Assembly: GCF_964204645.1 (NCBI RefSeq)
Contig: NC_134025.1
Coordinates: 14,322,001 to 14,386,000 of the forward strand
Direction: 5' to 3'
DNA length: 64,000 bases
From: Tubulanus polymorphus
Lineage: Eukaryota; Animalia; Nemertea
This document shows positions 1-12,500 of the stretch, in pieces. How positions within the stretch are numbered: position 1 is the first letter of the stretch; every line of letters starts with the position of its first letter. Below the pieces are notes generated by a model. The model searched no databases. It worked only from the letters and a program-made list of their open reading frames with translations, and was not told the DNA's origin. The position numbers were made by a program, and so were the translations under genes.

Positions 1-2173
1 TTGTTGGTTGGCAGTCTGCCAGAAGTATGTTAAATTGCGGCACAAATTTTAGTGGTAATACTTATTGGGTTGTCTTCTATCGTGAAGCAAGTAGAATAGA
101 TACGCAGAGGTCAGGCCAATAAGCTTTGAAAGGATGATGCAATATTCATCGATAAAAACGCGAAAAACAGCGGAAATTCTCCGCTTTCTATAAGTAACTT
201 GCGTTGACCAATATTTGTGTTTCTGACGTGAATACGGGAAATTCTAGGAATTTCGGTGCCTCTGACGTAATTATGGGAGTAACAAAATGGTGAGCAATTC
301 ATTTTGACATTCGTGCCGTGCTTAGTTCGCTTAAAGTTTGTTCATTGTGAGGATTATAATTGAGTCAGCTATCTAATTTAGTACCCCGAACTTAGTAAAT
401 GTGGCCCTAGCTTGGATTTGTCTTGTCATTAACGGTCTATTAATCTGCTCGAATATTCATGTGCCATTTTGTAGGATTAACATTATCATTTTCCAGTCAT
501 TGAAGAGTCTTATTATATGTTTATTTTAAATTTGATGCTCGTCGTTTTGAATCCGTCTCCCCACCTCTTGTATTGTGCTAAAACCTCAGATTCAATCGAT
601 ACGCTACATCGTCAACATGCGTACAATCGAAGAGGCCAAAACCCGGCGCTGCGCTGATTGACATTAGACTGTTAGATTCTCTTTTGGTTTAGCGTTTATT
701 TTATGAAGTAAATAATTATTGATAATGTCGATTACTGATGATATAGTTTACAGGATGAAAAGGTTAAGGTACACTGTCATAATAGAGTGCAAAACTGTCA
801 TCAATTTATTCACTCAATCGCTGTGTATAAATCACCGCACAAATTTTAGCGGTCGATGCTTTTAATCAACATATGTTGACATTCTAATATAAGAATATGT
901 ATAATATTTACCATAGTAAAAAACTCAACCGAAATATACCTTATGTGAAACCTAATTGTTTTTGGGCCTGCTCTGATTCAAGATGGCCGACTCCATCTAC
1001 TTTCAATGCAGAAACTTCCCGTATACAGGATAACTCGAAAAACCATTTGAGAAATTTTTATGGTATCTGTATGATATGAAAAGGAACTGTATTGTCCTGG
1101 GAACTTCTCCGATTCAAGATGGCCGACTTATGACCTACTTTCTGATCAAAATGGCATGTTTTGAACTGTTTATCAGTACGCTTTACTGCCACAATTCATT
1201 TTGCACATCCCTTTGGTGCCACATCTGATTCAACCAACGTTTCAATGGTCCCACAATTTTTTCATGTGACTCACTGCGCCCGAGAAATAAACATCTGTGG
1301 ATCTCTTGTTCAATTGTTATTGTCTTAATTAGCTTAATTAGTTCGTTTATTGACGATGAATTTGCGGTTTATTACCTTAACACTGTTCGCGTAGCAGCGC
1401 TGGTATGTAATCGATACGTATGTAATATATGTACATACATGTGGATGTATATGCTGTGCTATTTTGCACTCTCAATAATAGCGTGTATCATTAATATTGT
1501 CGTACGGTGTCTGTACCAGAGAAAGAAGTTTATAATTGAAATAAGTTTTATTAGGAATGCTTTATTATCGTGAATCATCATTTGAACTATTTCTGTGGCA
1601 ATTATGAATAAGCGTGCTCCTCTTTTAATTTCGTTAGATACCTCGTTAATGAATACTTACTTACGTGAAAAATATAAGTAGATTGGTAAAATCGATTTTA
1701 CGGCTCTTTCTTGCCACCGTAAATACTAACAAGTATGTTTTTTTAGGGCCTTTTTCTTAGCTCCACATACAAAAAATGGTTCTAGATCTTCTAGAATGAT
1801 AAATTTTCCGTTTTAAAAAACAGTAAATCACCAAAGTTTTGATATTTTCCGTTTCTTAACCTAAATTTGATCTATTTTCCGAAAAATATTCAGTCCAATA
1901 TTTTGAGCTTGAAATTTTTAAGGGACCGCATTAATTGAAGGGCACCCCCAAATGATAAAATATTCAACGTTTATTTGTTATAAAAAGATTTTATATGGCA
2001 ATTTCAAAAAAGTTATTTAATAAGATAAAGCTGCAAAGCAGCAGTAACGGGTTTTCTGCACAGTCTTAGAATCCTGTTCAACGGTCTACAAGGTTTTATA
2101 AAAGGAAGGTCAACAAACAGTCACTATAGACCTAAATGAAGCCATGGCCGACTGGACCAGATGGTCTTATTTG

Positions 2174-2345
2174 ACTAGCGGAGTCACGCAAGGTAGTATC
2201 CTAGGTCCTCTTCTCTTCACTGTTGTGATAAATGATATACACAGTAATCCAAAATATACTGGACCAAGTAAATTTCCAAAACGACCTAAACAATCTGTGT
2301 TCCGTAGATGGTCAGAAACATGAAAGATGGGGTTCAGCCTAAAAG
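2174..2345 (+). pseudogene. Degenerate CR1/L2-type LINE reverse transcriptase fragment inside family B
   Basis: Translates TSGVTQGSILGPLLFTVVINDI (RT GVPQGSxLGPxLF motif), then a broken FQNDLN..RWSET*KMGFS (LQxDL..WS..WxMxF motif). The YADD region is missing. Confidence 0.7.
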
Positions 2346-3134
2346 ACATGATATGGATATTGGATACAAAGAATGCCAAGGTTCTGATACCCTTGTATTC
2401 GAGTGAGAAGATTATTTTGTTCGAATAAAGATTACTCATTATAATGAAAAGACCATTTAGTTCCATCAAAATTTTGTTGGAACAAAAACGCTTTGATCGA
2501 ACAATATACTTGTTCGAACAATTTTGTTCGATCGAACGATATGCTTTTCGTTCGAATGAAGACTTTTCTTCGTTCCAACAAAAAATTTTGTTGGAATAAA
2601 TGCTATGTTATTGTTCAAACGATAAACTTTTTGTTCCGACAAAAGAAATTGTTGAGCAAAAACTATTTTATTCAACTGGATATTTGAATGAAAACGATTC
2701 TGTTCAATCGAACTGTTTATTCGAAGGAAAAACCTTTCATTAAAAAAAAAATTGTTCGAACGAAAACAACTTTTTTCAACGAAATTTTCAATAAATATCT
2801 TCATTTTTATCAATAAAATATCGTTGATAATTGTGACTGATCATTGGAATTCAGAACCAGTTAATAACTAATATATGCCTTCTAATAAATCTTGATTCCT
2901 CCTTTACAGTGAATCCAGCTTACGGATAGGAGTGTGTTATATACTTTTATTTAGTAAATACCTAGTGCATTTGACAATGATCGGTATGTACTGTAGGAAA
3001 AATAGAGTATTGATAAATGGTTGAAATCTGCGGCCGAAATAAAGTGATAATTTCTTTTATTTTTATACCTCGTCGATACAACAGCTTTTCTCCGCTACAT
3101 CTCTTTGGCGTGTTTAGTTTTGGCCAACTCTTAA

Positions 3135-5406
3135 CACTTTCACTGCTGTGGACGTATATCTACGTCTTATCAAAAATTACATTAACTGCTATGGACGTAT
3201 ATGTACGTTTTCCAAACACTAGGAAGTGTCGGTCTCTGGCGTCTGTACCATAAACTAACTAGAGCTGTATGATTAATCCAAGTGCACGTAGACATATAGC
3301 GGCATTCAGTAATGTATGTTCGTAGTGTATTTATATTGATTTTGTGATGCTTGACGCTGTTGAATAGCAATGTGTGACAACAAAATGGCAATCGAAAACA
3401 AAATGGCAGCGCCCATGAATAATCGCCGTCAACGTCTAAATCATCAACAAATCGATGAATTATTTGCTGATTCAGATTCAGAGGAGGAATTATTCGATGA
3501 GGAAAATGAAGAACATTTTTCTGCAGATTCAGGGGGATCTTCAGGTGAGGATGAACAGCCTGATTCGAGTGATTTTAGTGACGATAATTTTCAACCACCT
3601 GCCCCAGTCGCTGTACAAAATAATCGTGGACGTGGAGGTCCTCGCGGCCGTGCACGGGGCCGTGGACGCGGGAGAGGTAGGGGCAGAGGTGCTGCTAATG
3701 TTGTAAATGCCCCTGGAGGCATGCATCCTTCAGATGTAGGATGGAGTGATGTTGATACACAACCAAATGTTGACCCATTTACCGGTACGCCAGGTATGCA
3801 GGTTCAGATAGGTGTCGATGCGACTCCTTTCGATTATTTTCGACTTTTTTTTACCGATGAACTTATTGAAATTCTTGTGCGTGAAACTAATTTGTACGCT
3901 GAACAGTACATTAGGGACACTGAGCTGAAAGATAAATCTAGAGTACACAGCTGGAAAGATGTCACCGAGAAAGAGATGTGGCACTTTCTCGCACTGCTTT
4001 TTCTTACCGGCATTATCAAAAAGCCAACACTAAATATGTACTGGTCAACCGATGTCATGTTTGCTACACCTTTCTTTGGAACAGTGATGTCTAGAGACAG
4101 ATTTTTGTTGATATGCAAGTTTCTTCATTTTCATGATAATGATGCTAGGCCAGCAAATGATAATGACCGATTATATAAAGTGCGGCCAGTCTATGATTTT
4201 TTCAAACAGAAGTTCATGTCAATATATGTACCAACTGAGCATCTCGCACTGGATGAAGGCATGCTCAAGTGGCGCGGCCGCTTGCTGTTTCGTGTTTATA
4301 ATCCCAAGAAACCCATCAAATACGGGATGAAGGGTTATATTCTCTGTGAATCTGAAAGTGGATATGTGTACGGCTATAGCTTATACTGTGGTCTCGGTCG
4401 GTCCAATGTACAAATCTGTGATGATGTACTGACATCTTTGTATCAAAAAAACTATAAGGTGTATATGGATAATTTTTATAATAGTCTCACTGTATCCACC
4501 CACCTGTTTTCCAAGAAAACCCACACCTGTGGAACTGTCAGAGTAAATAGGGGAATGCCAAAATCATTGAGAGATCAGGAAAATCAACTTGGCGTTGGTG
4601 ATGTCGCATTTCGCCGCAAAGGACAAATTCTGTTTCTTATGTTGAAAGATAAAAGGGTTGTGAAGATGATTACTACTCTACATGATGCTTCAAAGGCAGA
4701 TCATGTGAATGCTGGTGGACATCAGGTGCAAAAACCAAAATGCATTTTGGATTACAATAGATATATGTCCGGTGTCGATCATCTTGATCAAATGGGCAAA
4801 TATTACCCGTGCACTCGAAAAACCGTGAAGTGGCCCAAAAAATTGGTTTATTACTTGATTCATCTTGGACTCCTAAATGCTCATATTCTGTTCAAGAAGT
4901 ATCGCAAGGCCTCTGAGGAGCTGTTGGACTTTTTGACCTCGGTGATCAAAGCAATGGTTGTACATGGAAATACGCTGAATGACGATGCTGATTCCGATGC
5001 AGATGATCCTGCTCCTGCTGTGCGCCCGCCAGTGCCTAGGTGTACAAGTGACCCACCTACTAGAATTAGCCCTGCCATGAGAAGACATACAATTGTCACA
5101 ATACCAGCTACTGACAAGAAAACAAATGCTCAAAGACGCTGTCGGGTTTGTGCGAAAAAAGGAATCCGTAAAGACACTCGTTACATGTGCAAAGAATGTG
5201 GGGTACCACTACACATTGCAAACCCAAACTGCTTCAGAATGTATCACACAAAAGCTCAATATTGGAGATAAGTGAATAAAACAAGTAAAGGTAGGCTAAT
5301 ATGCTTCTATATTCATTTATTCTCAGAATATAATAATTTCCTATTTTTCCCGAAACGGGCCCAGCATAGCTAGGCAACAATGCTATGCAATGCAGCAGTG
5401 AAAGTG
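3135..5406 (+). mobile_element. Full-length piggyBac DNA transposon (2272 bp)
   Basis: TTAA at 3131-3134 and 5407-5410. Perfect 14-bp TIR CACTTTCACTGCTG / CAGCAGTGAAAGTG. Single transposase ORF. Confidence 0.96.
3370..5271 (+). CDS. piggyBac transposase (PGBD4-like, DDE_Tnp_1_7), 633 aa, intact
   Basis: Catalytic motifs LALDEGM, VYMDNFY and MSGVDHLDQ; PKKPIKYGMK; acidic N-terminus; C-terminal Cys-rich domain CRVC..CKEC..H..C..H; AATAAA at 5275-5280. Confidence 0.96.
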   Translation: MCDNKMAIENKMAAPMNNRRQRLNHQQIDELFADSDSEEELFDEENEEHFSADSGGSSGEDEQPDSSDFSDDNFQPPAPVAVQNNRGRGGPRGRARGRGRGRGRGRGAANVVNAPGGMHPSDVGWSDVDTQPNVDPFTGTPGMQVQIGVDATPFDYFRLFFTDELIEILVRETNLYAEQYIRDTELKDKSRVHSWKDVTEKEMWHFLALLFLTGIIKKPTLNMYWSTDVMFATPFFGTVMSRDRFLLICKFLHFHDNDARPANDNDRLYKVRPVYDFFKQKFMSIYVPTEHLALDEGMLKWRGRLLFRVYNPKKPIKYGMKGYILCESESGYVYGYSLYCGLGRSNVQICDDVLTSLYQKNYKVYMDNFYNSLTVSTHLFSKKTHTCGTVRVNRGMPKSLRDQENQLGVGDVAFRRKGQILFLMLKDKRVVKMITTLHDASKADHVNAGGHQVQKPKCILDYNRYMSGVDHLDQMGKYYPCTRKTVKWPKKLVYYLIHLGLLNAHILFKKYRKASEELLDFLTSVIKAMVVHGNTLNDDADSDADDPAPAVRPPVPRCTSDPPTRISPAMRRHTIVTIPATDKKTNAQRRCRVCAKKGIRKDTRYMCKECGVPLHIANPNCFRMYHTKAQYWR

Positions 5407-6677
5407 TTAATGATTTATCCTATAGTCTATCCCAGTGGTTTTGACTGCGGCATTTCACTCTCAAGAGCCAGTATCAACAACAATTTAATTGATACTGACA
5501 GCTGTAAGTGGTCAAACTCGCCATAAGCATCGCTGCTTTGCTGGACCCCAGCTGCTTGTTGCTAAAGTTACTGGCAAGAATGCATAAAGAGCAAAACTTT
5601 TCCAGACTTAACCCAAGAAAATGAAGTAATAAGCAATGAAAATTCAGTTTTGAAGTCTTGTTGCATTCAAGAGTGAATATTTTTTCTGGATGCCAAAGTC
5701 AGTGTTTACATTATGAAGCGTCAAAACCAATTTCCAAGTTGAAAGATTATATTTAGACGGTGTTTCAAGCAAAACAACAGCACTCGTCTCATGAGATAAT
5801 TCCAGATAACTAATATAATATATCCACAGACTCTGAAGAGTTTATAGGTGTACAAGTCAATCGGATTGAATTTGCCACATGACATGATTATTCCCAAATT
5901 GAAACTAAAAATTCAAGAAAGGATTTAATAAGAATGATAAAAGTTGGTTTGCTGTATCCTTTAATGATTGGTGAGTTGATGGTATATTATTCACTCTTGA
6001 ATGCAGCAGTCGCTTGACCTCAATTACTCGTAAGGCTGAGTGATAGAAACCACAGGGATACAGATATGTTAGTGTAACAACTCTTTGATGAACGTTGATT
6101 CATCAAAATTCCCATGCAGTATCTGTAGATCGAAGTGAGCTAAATGAAATAAAACGGATTGTATCGGAAACAGCGGTAAGGTAAGAAAGCCTTTGCAGTT
6201 TTGACGTCAATTGTCAAATAATAATGATAAACACGTGGATATCAATAGGGTTTTCTGTGATGTAACGAAAACCCTAATTATATTTTGTCACCTTCTGATG
6301 AGTATTTGCTGTCTCGGCATCTATCTGCTCTCAAGAGGCCTTTGAACATAATCTCAACCTATAGAGAAATATTGCCACAAACGCAAGTTTGTGTTGATCA
6401 GGAATGAAATGAGGTGGCAGGCCTAAAATAAGAATTTTGAGACTGTTTAACTAGCTTACTGGATTTTTGGCTCTATGTCAACGGTCTGGCCGATCGATTA
6501 TCATTCGTATGCTTGATACACTACGCTCAAAGCTATTTTTAGCATACTCAAACGCAATTTCAGTAGTCTGTAATTTCACTACTACTGGGCGTAATTTCAC
6601 TGTGCGAAATTAACGGATTAAGCAAAAATATATTTTTATAATTGGTTTTTTTTTATGGTGCGCAGGTTTCATATTTT

Positions 6678-6975
6678 TGGTTTACCTTTGACAGCGGTAT
6701 GAGGTTGGCATTGAGCCAATTCATGTAAAATCACAATAGGTTTTTATGTGAGCATTTTTTTCATTGGTTCTCGGGTTAAACGTATGATCGATGTGATTGA
6801 AGACATGGCGAACCTCCACCAATGACATGGTCAATTCGACGAAAAACTGGTTTTGGCGGGAAAATTCTTAGCTCTCGTGTATAAAATTGCAATGACCTCG
6901 ATTGGGGGCGTTTTCTCTATGAGCGAATATGATTGGCTGTTTTTGGGGTATACAGGGAATTCCAGTACTGAAAAA
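6678..6975 (+). repeat. Dispersed repeat with E2F-, GC- and CCAAT-like motifs (copy 1 of 3)
   Basis: Close match by eye to 14882-15312 and 31217-31640. Confidence 0.75.
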
Positions 6976-8339
6976 TGATCTAAGACGATGTGAAAAATCT
7001 AAATTTTCTGGGGGAGGGCCTCCAGAACGAGATAACTTCGAGCCTTCGGCACACGTAGCTGGCAGCTAGAGCTGCCAGAAACCCCACATGGCCAGAAACT
7101 CCACAGAAACTCCACACTACGGCGTTCGTTATTTCTAATTTATTACGATATTTAATATTTTCCGCCTTTATAACTCTTTGCCTGCCAGGCCTATTTTTCA
7201 GGAAATGTTGCACGTTGCCAGGATTTCCGTGTTTTTCAGAAATTCTTAAAACAAAAACTAAAAGCGATATCATCATCAAATTTGTTTTATTTTGTTCATC
7301 TGGTCTTGCTTTTTCATGTAAAATAAGCAGCATTTCTTCTAAAAGTGATAAAATCTGCAGCAATCCCTAATGCAGAGCGGTTATTTTGCATAAAATATGC
7401 CCATTAATGCGTGTTCAGACCCCATTTCCATAGATGACGTCACTAACACACTGCATTGAACGACTGATGATAGTTTGTTTTAGTAGTAAAGGCATTAAAC
7501 TAACTGATGTTGTGCAATGAATTCGCCATCTATCATTAAAGTTAAGAAACAAGTCAACCGTACCAGTACGGTTTTGGCAGGCAAGTGATGGGAGATATCG
7601 ATCGTACCAGTACGTTTTTGGCAGGCAATGAGTTAAATGGCCTGTGATCATCCCTGCAAAGAATTGCAAAAACAGCCAATATCAAAATGTGTGTCATGCT
7701 TCTCAGAGCCCTTAGAGTTTTCTGGTCGTATTTAAACCAAAACTAACAGCCACGCAAGTGAAATTCAAAATGAATACATGTATATACGTTCTTCTAGATA
7801 CTGGAAAGGTAAACAACTTTGTTTGTGGCAAATTATTTGTGTGTGATGTAGGTTCAAAACTTCTTAGGACAGGTGAACTGGCTAGTGTAATCATTGGTTC
7901 TTGGGGAAACAATGGTTTGATATACTTCCAGCAAGCTCTCCTGATGTCTCTTTGCACTGTCCATCTACTTCCCTGTATTTTGCGCTATGCTCTGGGTGTC
8001 AAGATTTCTTCATTTTAGGGTGGAGATCGCCACGTTGTTTGATACGTCGGCAAATAGCTTGGTCTCTCCATGGTTGCTGTCCCTTTCCTGGCATTTTTGT
8101 GTGGAATGTTTGAGGCGAGGATGTGAATATCCCGCCATTGGCGGCAATCCACCGTTTTGTTGCCAAATTTTGTTGTCATCCCAATTCGCGCAAATCATTT
8201 ATCAAATTCGGGGTGGGGGGGGGGGGTTCGACCTCCGCCCGCCAAGATCGTGGAGAATCCACTGCAGTAAGCAAGTGCTCACTAGCCGAAACCGGATGTA
8301 GCAGCGACCAAGATTTTTTCTTGTTTTATGTGCGATTGT

Positions 8340-8425
8340 TAGTATCTAAACTAACCAAGCTGAAGTGGGAGAAGTTAAAACAACTGGCGAGTGATAGACA
8401 AGGGTGGAGGCCTATATGTGAGGGG
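8340..8425 (+). pseudogene. Possible RTE-clade LINE ORF C-terminal relic
   Basis: LTKLKWEKLKQLASDRQGWRPIC resembles the RTE C-terminal W..L..LA.DR..WR motif. Confidence 0.35.
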
Positions 8426-8710
8426 AGAGTCGCAATGTACCAAGTACGGGACACCTTGTCCATGGGGCAATTGATTGGTTGATAGTTTATATCCACACGC
8501 GTTGAATGTGCTGTATTGTGTATACATTGAATGACGCGCGCCTGTTGTAGACTGCTGTGTATCGATAATTGGCTGACTACGGCAGAGCGCTTATATACAT
8601 TACTGTACAATAAAGACACGCTGTTTTCTTTCTCTTTTGATTTTTTAAATTAGTTAAATTTGAAACATTTCCAAACTATTTTATCACCATCCTTGATTCT
8701 AATAGTTATA

Positions 8711-9210
8711 CAGGGTGTTCCGTTAATTACTATACATAAAGAACTGCCAATAATACATTTCACCACAAAAAATTACTTGACTAAAATCCAATTAGTTTAC
8801 AAAATATGCTAGATGGGAGAACCACCGCTTGAGATAAATCAGCCAAATCTTCAGGAGAGATGGACTACAATAATACTTTTCACCACAAAAAATTACTAAA
8901 CTAAAATCCAATTAGTTTACAAAATATGCTAGATGGGAGAACCTTTCAATTTCATCACATGATTCAGTCTATTGTTGAAATTTCTCAGTACATTGACAAT
9001 CATCTGTGTTATTGCAGATGTTTCTCTTTAGATCATCAATAGTTTCTGGTTTGTTTTGTTACACTGTCCTTCAGCTAGCTCCACCAGTAAAAGTCCAGTG
9101 GATTTGGGTCAGGTGAGTATGGGTGCCCAGTTGTTGACAGTTTGCAGCGTTTGCTGAGATCATTGTACATCGCCTCAATCGCATGTGTCACATCAGAGCG
9201 CTCCTTAGTT
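8711..9210 (-). pseudogene. Tc1/mariner (DD37D/Tc3-like) transposase 3' relic with one terminal repeat
   Basis: Minus strand gives broken W.P.SPDPNPLDFYWWS*LKDSV..NKPETIDDLKRNI. Terminus TA|CAGGGTGTTCC at 8709-8721. Internal block repeated with 120-bp spacing (~8748 and ~8868). Confidence 0.7.
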
Positions 9211-9420
9211 AGGGAGTGCTCCTTAATTCAGTTTTCGGTAGTAGTTAGCACAACTGTGGAATCAGAGAAACCAGATCAAGCAGGTCAAAAATGATGATTT
9301 GTCACGGGCAACAAAATATTGATTTGTCGCAGTCGACAAAACCAAAATATTGATTTGTTGCGGTCAATTTCTCGCATGATGTACTTAGGTTACTAGTTTG
9401 CATATGATTTGTTTTTTTAG

Positions 9421-9543
9421 GTGTTAAGCTACCATCGTGAGTTTTATCGCCCTGAAAATTTATGTCTTGTAATCACTGGGCAAGTTGAACCAAATCAAGT
9501 GTTTACAGCTCTGCAACCATTCGAAGAAAAAGTTTGTAAAAAG
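9421..9543 (+). CDS. Host M16-like peptidase exon
   Basis: tttttag|VLSYHREFYRPENLCLVITGQVEPNQVFTALQPFEEKVCKK|gt. Confidence 0.88.
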
Positions 9544-12500
9544 GTGTCGGCTTGGCTAGAATTGATATATTTAAAATTTTTGAGAGAAGATAGAATACAA
9601 TTTGGAAAATATAACTTAAGTTTTGCTTTTAAATGCATGATAAAGTATTTGTACTTTGTTTTAATAAACTGAAAATTGTATATTTTGACACCTTGACAAC
9701 TATTGTCATAAATCATTTTTTACAACTATTGACATAAATCTTTAATGTTTATTTTTTCAATTTAGGCAAAGTTGCCACCTCATGTGCGACCGTGGCAAAT
9801 GCCAGTGCCCCCATTACCGAATTCAGTGGTGAAACGAATTTTGTATCCATCTGACGATGAAGAATCTGGCATGGTCTATGAAGCATGGCGCGGTCCATTA
9901 GCTCGTGATCAATTTACAATGACTGCCTGTATGGTGCTGATGGAATATCTCACTGATACTGCTGTTGCTCCCCTGCAAAAGGAATTTGTCGAAATTGATG
10001 ATCCATTGTGTACCTTGGTAGGCATTTTCCTTTAAAAGAACTTTTAAAACGTCATTCTTTCCATTTATCTTAGTAACAATGATTAAATTACTTTTTAGGT
10101 GAGATATTCAATCATCGAGAATTCTGAGTCGACTATATACATTTTCTTTGAGAATGTACCGAAAGACAGTATTGGCGAAATTCATGCAAAGTAATGATGC
10201 TGCTACCTTATCATAAAAATGATTATTATATTCCATTATCATTTCACTTGATAACTACTAATGAATCTGTTTCTGATTGTAGGCTTATAAAACTTCTTGA
10301 GGGACTTGTCAAAAGGAAAGAGTCATTTGACATGAAAAGAATGCAAAGTGTTATCCATCGCAGAATACTTGATTCTTTAGATAGTGTAAGTGTTTAATGA
10401 ATATCTTCATTCACCGGGGAAATATGGAACCAAAGAACATACCAATGCCGGAGAAGTGGCATGTTGATGTCCAAACAATTACTCGTTGGGTAAACCCATC
10501 TTTTGCAGGAACCTAGATCAAGTTCTTCATAGTTCGGATTACTTAGTTGCTTTAACACGTGTACTTAGTTAAATCTCTTGTTGCCGGATTAATTTTCAAC
10601 AAGGTGCCATAGAAACTGGCATATAAAACTATGTGGCGTATAAGTTGAGGTCCATTTTGAGGCCTAAAAATTCATGATTTTAACATATCCAGCTTGTAGT
10701 TTATATTATAGATTTGTGAGATCGGGTTTGAGCGATGTATATCTGGTGCTAGCAAAATTTGCAAGATCGGTAACAAGAGGGTTAATGGCAATGTGCTGTA
10801 TGTTGGTCTTGCTTGAAAATAAGATATATATTTATTGAAACTTATACCGTATTTTCCGACTATTAAGCCGACTCCGCCAATAAGCCAAGGGCATTTTTTT
10901 TAGCCTAAAGTACATGGATTTCTTAATGCATCGCCCAATAAGCCGGGGCCCTTCATCAGGAGATTAGTTTGTCTTACAATACGCATCTGCCGATGTGTGA
11001 GAGTGCTGTGTATACTATCATCGCCGAGTCACTGCTATATGTAGACTCGCTCATGTGATAGAGCCTTAAATTGTAACCTACATTCGCAAACTTGCGGCTG
11101 ACTGCGCGTATATACAAATGTACTAGCGCTGCAGTATTAGATTGCCGCTGTGAGGATTAGTGAAACAAAGTAACAAAATAGTTCTGAATAGATTATTGGT
11201 AGTAGATAATGACCTCAAATAAATATGGAACACTCTTTATTGATTTTGATGATCTTCAGGAGCATTCGAGTGACATAGTTTTGGGAAGTAATTATTTAGG
11301 TCCGATCGTATCCATCCAATAAGCCGATCATGATATTTTGGGGTAAAAATCTGACGCTAGAAAATCAGCTGATAAGCCGGAAATTACAGTATATAGAAAT
11401 TTATGTAGGATTCTCAGAACATTAATTTTATTTTGAATATATATATATTCTATTCTGTAGTTTGAGACACAGCCCCATGAAACATTTGCATTTCTTTGTA
11501 TTGGAGATTTCCTGTATGGTGACACAGTTGCCGACGTAAGTCTGTGAAGTTTTCATTTTCACCAGAATTTGTTAGTCTTTTCACGAATTTCTGATTTTAT
11601 TGATTGGTTTGTAAACTTTCCAATTTCCAATTTAGTTCAAAGAAAGATTCCAACAAATTGAAGCTTTCAAAAAGCTAGCAACTAAGGACCGAGATTACTG
11701 GATAAATTTGATACAGAAATTCATGCTGGATAGTTCATTCGTCAGTGTAAGTAATTTTGATTTGAATTGATTCCTTTGAGATTTCTGTCAAAAACAATAT
11801 TTTTGATGGGTGGATTTTTCCAATGACTTATATTTATGATGTTTCTAGGGAGATTCCTCATTAACGGCATCACCTAGGCATCGCAACAACCAATCGGAGC
11901 TATGTGCACTTCATACGGGAATCCTGTTCAGTAACACATTTACCTTGCCAAAATTGTATTCTACATCTACATTCTATGAATAGATATATTAATTTGAAAA
12001 TATTTGGTATTCTTAAATTCAATTTCGGTGCACCAGTGGGTTGGTGAATTAAACGTGCATATGAACATGCCGCTATGATATGGAAATGCGATGTACCCAA
12101 AAGACGTAAATTTTGGCCTGGATTCAGAGTCCTGTAGCTTCCTAATGGTTGGCACTTTTCATTGCAATTTGTGATGGGTATTCTATGAAAAGGGATCTTC
12201 AATGCCTAAGACAGGTATTTTCAAACAACCAATTATCACACAATTGGCAGCGATTTAGTGTCATCAGCACCCTTTCGTAGGTGGAAAAAGATTTTTAGCC
12301 CACTTGGAACTATATCATCTGCTCAAAGGCCCACAATTCCACAATTCATTCTGTGCATCCCATTGGACCCCTATATCATCTGCTCAAAGGCCCACAATTC
12401 CACAATTCATTCTGTGCATCCCATTGGACCCACATCTGATTAGTCCAACGTCTCGTCCGTGGATCTCTTGTTGAAATTTGTGGTGGGTATCCTATGGAAA

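Larger units (their letters stand above)
2025..6277 (-). mobile_element. Non-autonomous Helentron-like (HINE/DINE-like) element, family B; hosts the piggyBac insertion
   Basis: Minus-strand 5' end TTAGGGTTTTC-gttacatca-CAGAAAACCCT-attg plus ATT run at ~6277-6215. 3' end CAGAAAACCC..gctgc-ttt-gcagc at ~2058-2025. Same ends and internal blocks as the + copy at 60244-62869. Confidence 0.65.

Noticed and set aside
3355-3420. Host-piggyBac fusion by exon trapping (CSB-PGBD3-like) using the AG at 3366-3367
   Set aside because: The pyrimidine tract is weak, and a phase-0 join would read out of frame and stop at ~3416.
3455-5275. Short overlapping and antisense ORFs within the piggyBac transposase
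   Set aside because: They are shadow frames with no recognisable motifs.
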